A stretch of DNA of 52,705 nt from Desulfobacterales bacterium. Lineage in GTDB: Bacteria; Desulfobacterota; Desulfobacteria; Desulfobacterales; Desulfobacteraceae. The notes beneath the pieces are model-generated. The model was not told the DNA's origin and made no database searches. It saw only the letters and a list, made by a program, of their open reading frames with translations. The position numbers were made by a program, and so were the translations under genes. The stretch spans positions 1 to 52,705 of the forward strand of contig DAOWFS010000099.1 in NCBI GenBank assembly GCA_030637885.1. Direction: 5' to 3'. Shown piece after piece: positions 29,710-38,219 of this stretch. Within the stretch, counting starts at the first letter, position 1. Each line of letters opens with the position of its first letter.

Positions 29710-29886
29710 ACATGCTCCTAAATTTATCTTTCAAAAATAACAGAGTTCATTGTCATTCCATCTTTAATCATATTAAGGACTAATTGGCAACCCTATGGTA
29801 AAACAGGCATAAAAACAACTTGCTTTTTTGTCTGTATTATAGGAGATAATATGATTTAGAAAAAATTTTAATATAGGAAAATTTTT

Positions 29887-31416
29887 ATGATCATTGTTAT
29901 TGATTTCGGTTCACAATTCAACCAGCTCATTGCCAGAAGAGTTAGAGAAAATGACGTATATTGCCAGGTAGAACCAGCCGGTATTCCCATAGACAAATTA
30001 AAAGCTCTCAATCCGCAGGGAATCATTCTTTCCGGAGGTCCTTCAAGCATATATGAAGACAACAGCCCAAGTATTGACAAATCACTTTTTGATCTTGGTA
30101 TCCCCATACTTGGAATATGCTACGGCATGCACTATATGGTGCATACGCTCGGCGGAAAAATTAAAAAAGCAAGTAAACGTGAATATGGATTTGCAAACCT
30201 TGATATTAAAGAGAGCAACCCCTTGTTCAAAGATATGGGCACAGGTTTTCAATGCTGGATGAGTCATGGAGACTCTGCCATAGAATTGCCTGAAAATTTT
30301 GTTATTACCGCTTCCACTAAAAATACTTCCATTGCAGCCATTGCAAATCATGAAAAAAAATTATACGGGCTACAGCTTCATCCCGAGGTCGAACACTCCA
30401 TAAACGGATCACGAATGATTCGTCATTTTTTATTTGATGTCTGCAACTGCCAAAAAAATTGGACGATGAAATCATTTTGTGATGGTGCTGTTTCTCAGAT
30501 TAAAGCTGCGGTCGGTGATAAAAAAGTGATCATGGGGCTTTCCGGCGGTGTGGATTCATCCGTTGCCGCAACCCTCATTCATAAAGCTATTGGCAAAAAT
30601 TTATTTTGCATCTTTGTTGATAATGGGCTTTTAAGAAAAAATGAAAAGCAGGCCCTTGAAAAAAGTCTGATTTCCAGCCTGGATTTAAACATCAAATTTA
30701 TTGATGCAAAAGATAAATTTTTATTTGCTTTAAAAGATGTAATAGATCCTGAAAAAAAACGCAAAATTATCGGCAACCTCTTTATTGAAGTGTTTGAGGC
30801 ACAGGCTACTAAATTAGACGGGGCACAGTTTCTTGGTCAGGGAACCTTGTACCCTGATATTATTGAATCCAAATCAGCTTTTGGCGGACCCACTTCCATT
30901 ATCAAATCGCATCACAATGTCGGCGGACTGCCGGAAAAAATGAAACTCAAACTTATCGAACCCTTACAGCTTCTTTTTAAAGATGAAGTAAGGAAACTTG
31001 GGACACAGCTTGGCATCAAAGATGAGCTCATATGGCGTCAGCCCTTTCCAGGCCCCGGCCTTGCCATAAGGATCATGGGAGAGATCACATCCTCGCGGCT
31101 TGAAATTTTAAGGGAAGCCGATGCTATTTTACTTGAAGAAATCAGAAAAGCAGGGCTTTACAGAAAGTTGTGGCAATCTTTTGCGGTTCTGCTGCCTGTA
31201 AAAACCGTAGGAGTTATGGGAGACAAAAGAACCTTTGCAAACTGTATTGCCATAAGAGCTGTCACCAGCAATGATGCAATGACTGCAGACTGGGCAAAGC
31301 TGCCCCATGATCTTTTGGGTATAATTTCCAACAGAATTATTAATGAAGTCGAAAATATTAACAGAGTTGTTTTTGATATCACATCCAAACCTCCCGGAAC
31401 AATTGAATGGGAATAA
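29887..31416 (+). CDS. guaA: GMP synthase (glutamine-hydrolysing)
   Basis: DFGSQ, GICYG, HPEV, SGGVDS, IKSHHNVGG and SKPPGTIEWE. Confidence 0.98.
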   Translation: MIIVIDFGSQFNQLIARRVRENDVYCQVEPAGIPIDKLKALNPQGIILSGGPSSIYEDNSPSIDKSLFDLGIPILGICYGMHYMVHTLGGKIKKASKREYGFANLDIKESNPLFKDMGTGFQCWMSHGDSAIELPENFVITASTKNTSIAAIANHEKKLYGLQLHPEVEHSINGSRMIRHFLFDVCNCQKNWTMKSFCDGAVSQIKAAVGDKKVIMGLSGGVDSSVAATLIHKAIGKNLFCIFVDNGLLRKNEKQALEKSLISSLDLNIKFIDAKDKFLFALKDVIDPEKKRKIIGNLFIEVFEAQATKLDGAQFLGQGTLYPDIIESKSAFGGPTSIIKSHHNVGGLPEKMKLKLIEPLQLLFKDEVRKLGTQLGIKDELIWRQPFPGPGLAIRIMGEITSSRLEILREADAILLEEIRKAGLYRKLWQSFAVLLPVKTVGVMGDKRTFANCIAIRAVTSNDAMTADWAKLPHDLLGIISNRIINEVENINRVVFDITSKPPGTIEWE

Positions 31417-31440
31417 AATAATAAAAACAGGATATAAAAA

Positions 31441-32418
31441 ATGGATTCAATGAATTTAAAAGATTTCAGGCCTGACAACCCTGATTTTGATTCTGAGGAA
31501 GAAACACTTGAAAATAATGCCGGCGAAATTCCGAGATCAACATACCATGAAGAAATTAATACCTTAAAAATAGATAAACTTTCCAACAGGGTGACGATTA
31601 TTTCCATCATTATCCCCTGCCTGATTGGTGCCATTCTCATCTTTGCTTACCTTGATATGAAAGAACGAGTGGTTGATGTTGATCTGACCAAACAAAACCA
31701 ATTTGAAATAATCTCTCAACAATTAGAAGAAAAATTAAATGCCCTTGATGTCAAAATAGCAAAAAACAGATTTAGTCTTGATAACAAACTGCCTGAACTT
31801 GATAATAAAACTGTTGCGCTCGAAGGGCAAATTGCAAAATTGAATACCACAAAAGCCGACACTAAAATCTTTAATAATAAGTTCACCAAACTTGAAAAAC
31901 ACATTTCCAATAATACAAAGCAGGACAAAACAACTATTCAGACCATTGAAAGAATTAACAAGCAAACCCTTTCCACCATAAAAGAAAATCAGAATCAATT
32001 GGATAAAACGGCACAACAAATAAAAGATGAAATAAATCTTTTCAAAGAAGAGTTTGATGCAAGATTGCTTGAATTATCAGACTATGAGCAGCAAATCGGT
32101 GAGCTTCGAAGGGATTCGAGCCTGCTGGACAAAAAGTATAAAAGGTTGGAACAAGAGGGTGTCTTACAGGTCACACTTGATGAAAAAATCAAACAGGTGA
32201 ACACTGATTTAAATCATCACATAAAAAACCTTGACCAGCAAATAGCTAAGTTAAATCAAAAAGTTACTGCTAATATATCCCGGCTTCAAAAAGACCTTGA
32301 CCGGCTTTCGAACTCTTCATCATCCAAAACAATACAAAAGGGCACTAAACCCAAACCTCAAATAAACATTGATTCATCCGAGTCTGTTAATATTGAAGAA
32401 GAATCTTTAACTCAATAG
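31441..32418 (+). CDS. Single-TM long coiled-coil hypothetical protein
   Basis: Acidic N-terminus, TM segment VTIISIIIPCLIGAILIFAYL, then heptad-rich sequence. Confidence 0.8.
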   Translation: MDSMNLKDFRPDNPDFDSEEETLENNAGEIPRSTYHEEINTLKIDKLSNRVTIISIIIPCLIGAILIFAYLDMKERVVDVDLTKQNQFEIISQQLEEKLNALDVKIAKNRFSLDNKLPELDNKTVALEGQIAKLNTTKADTKIFNNKFTKLEKHISNNTKQDKTTIQTIERINKQTLSTIKENQNQLDKTAQQIKDEINLFKEEFDARLLELSDYEQQIGELRRDSSLLDKKYKRLEQEGVLQVTLDEKIKQVNTDLNHHIKNLDQQIAKLNQKVTANISRLQKDLDRLSNSSSSKTIQKGTKPKPQINIDSSESVNIEEESLTQ

Positions 32419-32439
32419 CTTACTGAAACTTGAATCTTT

Positions 32440-32569
32440 TAGTGGCCTTCGAGGTTTTAACCAATCCATTTTAGTCCCAAAATTGATAAATTTTCTCGTT
32501 TACCTCTCACCTTAGTGCATATCAGACCGGCACATCGTGGAAAATGGGTTGAAAGCTTCTTTAAACTAG
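32440..32569. repeat. Decayed inverted-repeat element (MITE-like or structured RNA)
   Basis: Left GAGGTTTTAAC..CCATTTT can pair with right AAAATGG-GTTGAAAGCTTC. Bounded by TAG and CTAG. Confidence 0.4.
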
Positions 32570-32616
32570 GGTATGTATAACACATTCTTTGGGGATACAA
32601 TTAAAAAGGAATGAAA

Positions 32617-32775
32617 ATGTCTAAACAATACCCGGAATGTCCGCTCTATAATCATGCAACTTGCAGGGAATTACATAATCCGAAACTGTGTGCCATCATA
32701 CGCGATGACAAAGTCTGTTTAAAAAAACAACAAAAGCCCAAAAAAGAGAAATCAAACAATACATCATCCTCATAA
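32617..32775 (+). CDS. 52-aa cysteine-rich microprotein (not in ORF track)
   Basis: AAAGGA RBS 6 nt before the ATG. Sequence MSKQYPECPLYNHATCRELHNPKLCAIIRDDKVCLKKQQKPKKEKSNNTSSS. Stops 2 bp from the convergent gene. Confidence 0.7.
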   Translation: MSKQYPECPLYNHATCRELHNPKLCAIIRDDKVCLKKQQKPKKEKSNNTSSS

Positions 32776-32777
32776 CG

Positions 32778-33887
32778 TCATTCAATCACCAGCCTGTCGC
32801 CCGGGTGAATCATACCCTTCACAGAAAGATTATTTAATTTTAAAAGTGAATAAAGAGATATTTGATATTTATTAGCAATTCCGGTTAGACTCTCTCCGTT
32901 TTTAACAATGTGGAATTTTGTTTTATAGGTTTTTTCCCAGTTTTTATATCGGGCCGTAAACTCGTGTTTAAATCCTTTTGCTTTTCCTTTTGGTATCAAA
33001 ATGGTAATGCCACCTTTGTCCAGATAATATCCGCGTAATTCAGGATTGTAATCCTTAATTGTTTTAAAGGGTATATCAGCTGCCTTTGCAATCAAAACAA
33101 TGGGGATTTGAAGATCAGATTTAAAATTAATCTTATCAAAAGTAAAAACAGGGTATAAATCTGATTTTTCCAAATTAAAACCGTATAATTCAGAATTTTC
33201 GAGAATTAATTTAGCGCAAATAATTTTAAAAGCATATCTCTGGGTTTGCAAAGGAAGGTATAATGAAAAAAACTCATTATTTTTTTGAGCTGCAATTTCT
33301 TTTTTTAAACCATATTCGCCCATATTATATGCAGACAGGGCAAGCAGATATGAACCAAATTGCTTCTCCAAAGCCTTTAAATATTTACAGGCCGCATGGG
33401 TCGATTTAAAAATATTCCTTCGTTCATCTACTTTTGAATCAATCCTGAGGCCATAATGCCTTCCTGTAGATTTTAAAAACTGCCAATATCCCACAGCCCC
33501 TTTTGAGGAACTTGCATGGGGTCTTAAGGCACTTTCAATCAAAGGAACATATTTCAAATCAAGGGGTAATCCATGTTGTTTTAAAATATTTTCCACATGG
33601 GGGAAAAACCTTGCAGCCCGTTTGATCCAGAGAATTACCTGCGGCCGGTCCCACAATGCCAACAACAGCTCTTTTTCAAGCCTTTCTTTTACATCCTGAC
33701 GATTAACAGGAATTTTAATGTTGCAATATTCAATATCATTTTTAAACCGGATACTTTCCATTAATAAAGGAAAATCATTTTGAGAATTTTGATTACTTAA
33801 AGGCTCAACGCCTGAACAGAGTAAAGGAATAGCAAAAAACAATACAAGTGATATTAAAATAATTTTATATAAAGATTTGAATTGCAT
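32778..33887 (-). CDS. MltD-like lytic transglycosylase with C-terminal LysM
   Basis: LIES, AVGYWQF, VDERR, SAYNMG and LysM HIVKNGESLTGIA. Confidence 0.9.
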   Translation of the reverse strand: MQFKSLYKIILISLVLFFAIPLLCSGVEPLSNQNSQNDFPLLMESIRFKNDIEYCNIKIPVNRQDVKERLEKELLLALWDRPQVILWIKRAARFFPHVENILKQHGLPLDLKYVPLIESALRPHASSSKGAVGYWQFLKSTGRHYGLRIDSKVDERRNIFKSTHAACKYLKALEKQFGSYLLALSAYNMGEYGLKKEIAAQKNNEFFSLYLPLQTQRYAFKIICAKLILENSELYGFNLEKSDLYPVFTFDKINFKSDLQIPIVLIAKAADIPFKTIKDYNPELRGYYLDKGGITILIPKGKAKGFKHEFTARYKNWEKTYKTKFHIVKNGESLTGIANKYQISLYSLLKLNNLSVKGMIHPGDRLVIE

Positions 33888-34070
33888 GAATTTATCCGGC
33901 TGTTAAAATTTTGTATTGTTGGATCATCTCAAAATCAAATATCAAAGTCAATGAGCTGTTAACCGAACCAAACAGTTGTAAGGTTTGCCTTGAGAGGTTT
34001 GCCTTTGAAAAAATTGTGTTGATATGTCATAATCAACAAAAATTTTAATCGAAATAATCCGGGTGGGTAA

Positions 34071-34832
34071 TTGATAGCATTTTTAAAAGACTTGATCAAA
34101 AAGGCCGGCAACATCTGCAGAAAAGAGCAAAAGCTTTTAAAACCTTCGGATGTCAACTTTAAAAACAGAAAAGATCTGGTTACGATTACCGATAAAAAAG
34201 TTGAAGACTTTATTGTTAAAAATATCAGAAAAAAATATCCTTCACACGATATTTTCGGAGAGGAAACCGGCAGGACTCATTTTTCATCAGATTATCTATG
34301 GATCATTGATCCCATAGACGGAACCACCTCTTTTTTTCACCAGCAGCCCTTTTATTCCATTAGTATCGCAGTCCAATATCATGGCCAAACTATTTGCGGT
34401 GCAGTCTATGCGCCCAATTTGGATGAATTGTTTTATGCCGACAAAGACAGCGGTGCTTTTTTAAATGATCATTTGATCTATGTCTCAAAAACCGACCAGC
34501 TTATTAATTGTGTCATGGCGACTGGATTTGCCTGTTTAAGAGCAGATCTACCAATCAACAACCTTTCTTATTTTAATAAAATTGTTCCAAAATTAAGAGA
34601 TATCCGACGGTATGGTTCTGCAGCAATTGATCTTTGTTATGTGGCATGTGGCAGGCTTGACGGATTTTGGGAAATGAATTTAAATATTTATGATATTGCA
34701 GCAGGTACCTTTATTGTAGAACAAGCCGGCGGAACTATTTGTGATTTCAATGCAGGTTCCAATTTTCCGGAACAGGGAATCATCGCAACCAACAAGGGTC
34801 TTCAAAAGAAGTTACTTGAAAACTTTCAATAA
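34071..34832 (+). CDS. suhB: Inositol monophosphatase family protein
   Basis: DLVT..D, FGEE, WIIDPIDGT, RRYGSAA.DL and YDIAAG. Confidence 0.88.
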   Translation: MIAFLKDLIKKAGNICRKEQKLLKPSDVNFKNRKDLVTITDKKVEDFIVKNIRKKYPSHDIFGEETGRTHFSSDYLWIIDPIDGTTSFFHQQPFYSISIAVQYHGQTICGAVYAPNLDELFYADKDSGAFLNDHLIYVSKTDQLINCVMATGFACLRADLPINNLSYFNKIVPKLRDIRRYGSAAIDLCYVACGRLDGFWEMNLNIYDIAAGTFIVEQAGGTICDFNAGSNFPEQGIIATNKGLQKKLLENFQ

Positions 34833-34887
34833 ATCCATATCTTATAAAAGATAAAATAACGCAACTTAAAAAAGAGAACTTAAAAAA

Positions 34888-35733
34888 ATGACAATACAAT
34901 GGTTTCCAGGACATATGGTTGAGACGGAAAACCTGCTTAAAAAAGCAATGTCGAAAGTTGATGCTGTTTTGGAAATTTTAGATGCAAGACTGCCCGATGC
35001 CAGTGCCAATCCATTCGTGAATAAAATATGTAAAGATAAATTCAGGTTAAAAGTCTTAAATAAAACCGATCTTGCAGACACTGAACAAACAAAATTATGG
35101 CTTGATTATTTTGAAAAAAAAATGAGCCCTGCCATCGCAATTAATGGTACTCAAAAATCCCAGGCACAAAAGGCATTGAATTATTGTGTAAGTAAAATTG
35201 ATAGGAATCGGGCCAGAAAAATGAAAGTAATCGTTTTAGGTATCCCCAACACAGGAAAATCAACTATTTTAAACTCTCTGGCCGGCAAAAAAATTGCAAA
35301 GACCGGAAATGTGCCTGCCATCACTCGATACCAGCAACGAACCAGTTTAAATAATAATATCGATATCTATGACACACCCGGAATATTATGGCCGGTAATA
35401 GAACCAAAGAAAAAATCATACCTTCTGGCTGCCAGCGGTGCCATATCTGATACAGCCATTGATTACAATGACATTGCATTTTTTGCTGCCAGTCTTTTAA
35501 TCAAGAGATACCCCCAATTATTGATGCAGCGGTACCCTTTTTTAAAAACCTTGCCAAACGATGAGCTGACCCTTATAGAAAAAATTGGTTCTGCAAGAGG
35601 GTGCTTAAAAAAGGGCGGCATCATAGATTACTATAAAGCATCCGAATTATTGATTCGTGAGATCAGAGCCGGTAGAATAGGAAAAATCAGTTTTGAAACG
35701 CCAAAGGATCTGGAATATGATGAAAAAATTTAA
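34888..35733 (+). CDS. rbgA: Ribosome biogenesis GTPase YlqF/RbgA
   Basis: IQWFPGHM, and circularly permuted G motifs NKTD, GIPNTGKS, DTPGILWP. Confidence 0.94.
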   Translation: MTIQWFPGHMVETENLLKKAMSKVDAVLEILDARLPDASANPFVNKICKDKFRLKVLNKTDLADTEQTKLWLDYFEKKMSPAIAINGTQKSQAQKALNYCVSKIDRNRARKMKVIVLGIPNTGKSTILNSLAGKKIAKTGNVPAITRYQQRTSLNNNIDIYDTPGILWPVIEPKKKSYLLAASGAISDTAIDYNDIAFFAASLLIKRYPQLLMQRYPFLKTLPNDELTLIEKIGSARGCLKKGGIIDYYKASELLIREIRAGRIGKISFETPKDLEYDEKI

Positions 35734-37789
35734 AAAAATAAACTCTATTGATATTGTAAAGATATTAAAATGTCTTTTTTCTACAATCATTCTTTTATCA
35801 TTTTCATCACCCGTATGGGCCGATATTGGCAATCCTATCAAGGCTCTGCCGGAACACTCTTCTCAATGTATTAAAATTGTACGTGCACTTGAACGATATC
35901 ATTATCTTGAAAAAAATCTGGATAATAAGATGTCCTCGATTATTTTTGATCGATATTTAAAACGACTTGACCCCGGGAAACAATTATTTACCCTGCAAGA
36001 TATCAATCCCTTAAAACAATATCAATTCCGCCTGGATAATGAACTTAAAAAAGGAAACCTGGATATTGCTTTTAAAATATTTAATTTATACATCGTTCGG
36101 TCAAAACAAAGATTGGAATATATCTCTTCAATGATGAAGACATGGGAAAACGACTTGGATTTCAATCAAAACGAATCCATAATTATTGACAATGATTTAC
36201 GGCAATGGAAAAAAAATAAACATGCCCTGCATTCTATTTGGAAAAAAGAGCTGAAAAATCATATTCTTTCAATGATCCTGAATGATAAGGATAATACCTC
36301 AATTAGTGACACCCTTGACAAAATATATTCAAACCGGCTTAAACGCTTATTGCAGACTGATTCAAATGATATCTTTCAAATTTTCATGAATATAGTTACT
36401 TCAAGCTTTGATCCCCATACTCAATTTTTCCCTCCCAGAGCTTCCGAAAATTTCGATATCCATATGAGTCTATCACTTGAAGGAATTGGAGCCGTACTTC
36501 AAAATGAGTATGAATATACCAAGGTTATACGCTTAATACCCAAAGGACCGGCTGATAAATCAAATTTACTCATGCCGGGTGATAAAATCATTGGGGTGGG
36601 TCAAGGGCCGACAGGAGAAATAAAAGATACCATAGGGCAAAGAATTGATCATGTTGTCAAACTGATCAGAGGCCCTAAAAATTCATTTGTGCGACTGAAA
36701 ATAATCCCTGCTAAAAAAAGCAATTCAACCAAGACAATTCAAATAAAAAGAGACCGGGTAAAATTAGAAGAACAATCTGCAAAAAAAAATATTATAACTA
36801 TTGACCATGACCACCAAACCCTGAAAATCGGTATTATTGAAATTCCCAATTTTTATATTGATTTTAATGCCTACCACAAGGGGGACAAAGACTATAAAAG
36901 CACAACAAGAGACGTTGAGAAATTAATTGTTGAACTAAAAAAAGAGAACATTGACGGATTGATTATTGATTTGAGAGACAATGGCGGAGGGTCTTTAAGA
37001 GAAGCAAGCCAACTGACCGGACTTTTTCTTAAATCAGGTCCCACTGTACAGATTAAAACAAAATACAGGATCACACGATTGTTTGATGATGATCCTGCCA
37101 TCACATATTCCGGCCCTCTTATTGTGCTAATCAATAGAATGAGTGCATCAGCTTCCGAAATTTTTGCCGGAGCCATTAAAGATTATCATCGTGGCGTAAT
37201 TGTCGGCACAAGAAGTTTTGGTAAAGGAACAGTTCAGGAGTTGCAGCCCCTGGGAAAAGGAAAGCTTAAAATTACCAGTGCAAAATTTTACCGCATATCA
37301 GGAGAAAGCACTCAAAACCTTGGTATTATACCGGACTTAAAATATCCGCAAATATATAAAATTGAAGATACCGGGGAAAGTTCTTTAGATGGCGCCCTGC
37401 CCTGGGATACAACCGTCAGAACAACCTACACTTCTTATAGAGAACTTCAGGGAATTTATAAAAAACTGTTCGCGCGATACCAGAAAAGGTCTCTTAAAGA
37501 CCCGGGGTTAAACTATCTTAATGACAGAATTGAGATGACATCCAAGATAAATTCGCTGACTTCAATCTCCTTAAATCTGGATGCCCGCAAATCAAGAAAA
37601 AAACTATTTGAGCAATTAGAACTTGATATTGAAAATGATTTTTTAAGGTCTATCGGCAAAGAGCCAATAGACAAATTTGATCAGGAAAAGATTAAAACTC
37701 ATGACTTTAAAAAAATTCTGATGGATCAAACCCATCTTGTAATGGCTGATTTTATTGACCTTTCCAACGATTTTAATTTTTCATGGTAA
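35717..37789 (+). CDS. prc: Carboxy-terminal processing (tail-specific) protease, S41 family
   Basis: DPHT, LEGIGAVL, PDZ, DLRDNGGG, SASASEI and FGKGTVQ. ATG 35717/35720 preferred. Confidence 0.93.
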   Translation: MMKKFKKINSIDIVKILKCLFSTIILLSFSSPVWADIGNPIKALPEHSSQCIKIVRALERYHYLEKNLDNKMSSIIFDRYLKRLDPGKQLFTLQDINPLKQYQFRLDNELKKGNLDIAFKIFNLYIVRSKQRLEYISSMMKTWENDLDFNQNESIIIDNDLRQWKKNKHALHSIWKKELKNHILSMILNDKDNTSISDTLDKIYSNRLKRLLQTDSNDIFQIFMNIVTSSFDPHTQFFPPRASENFDIHMSLSLEGIGAVLQNEYEYTKVIRLIPKGPADKSNLLMPGDKIIGVGQGPTGEIKDTIGQRIDHVVKLIRGPKNSFVRLKIIPAKKSNSTKTIQIKRDRVKLEEQSAKKNIITIDHDHQTLKIGIIEIPNFYIDFNAYHKGDKDYKSTTRDVEKLIVELKKENIDGLIIDLRDNGGGSLREASQLTGLFLKSGPTVQIKTKYRITRLFDDDPAITYSGPLIVLINRMSASASEIFAGAIKDYHRGVIVGTRSFGKGTVQELQPLGKGKLKITSAKFYRISGESTQNLGIIPDLKYPQIYKIEDTGESSLDGALPWDTTVRTTYTSYRELQGIYKKLFARYQKRSLKDPGLNYLNDRIEMTSKINSLTSISLNLDARKSRKKLFEQLELDIENDFLRSIGKEPIDKFDQEKIKTHDFKKILMDQTHLVMADFIDLSNDFNFSW

Positions 37790-37800
37790 CTGATTATATC

Positions 37801-37829
37801 TTGATAATTATCAAATGATTTACTACACT
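37801..37829 (+). promoter_or_regulatory. Putative sigma70 promoter of ppiC overlapped by the palindrome TTGATAATTATCAA
   Basis: TTGATA-N17-TACACT. Perfect 14-bp palindrome at 37801-37814. Confidence 0.5.
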
Positions 37830-37868
37830 TGCAGATGATAGCATTAACTATATTAATTTAAGGAGAGA

Positions 37869-38150
37869 ATGATGGCAAGAGCCAGTGCCAGACACATACT
37901 TGTTGATAGTGAAGAATTTTGCAAAGAACTTATTGATCAAATAAATAATGGAGACGATTTTGGACAATTGGCCCAGGAGCATTCGAAATGTCCTTCTGGA
38001 AAAAATGGTGGAGATCTGGGAGAATTTAGCCCTGGTCAGATGGTTCCTGAATTTGATACGGTAGTTTTTAATGAAGAAGTCGGTATTCCTCATGGACCTG
38101 TAAAAACGGATTTTGGATTTCATATTGTTGAAATCACAAGCCGTAACTGA
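37869..38150 (+). CDS. ppiC: Parvulin peptidyl-prolyl isomerase
   Basis: ARHILV, HSKCPSG..GGDLGEF..GQMVPEFD and FGFHI. AGGAGA RBS. Confidence 0.95.
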   Translation: MMARASARHILVDSEEFCKELIDQINNGDDFGQLAQEHSKCPSGKNGGDLGEFSPGQMVPEFDTVVFNEEVGIPHGPVKTDFGFHIVEITSRN

Positions 38151-38175
38151 TAACCTTCTTAAGTCAACAATCAAA

Positions 38176-38208
38176 AACGGCACTGGGGTTTTTAACTTTT
38201 GTGCCGTT
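38176..38208 (+). terminator. Hairpin after ppiC, probable intrinsic terminator
   Basis: AACGGCAC...GTGCCGTT stem, extended by GGGGTT/AACTTTT pairing. Confidence 0.55.
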
Positions 38209-38219
38209 AATTCAATTTA

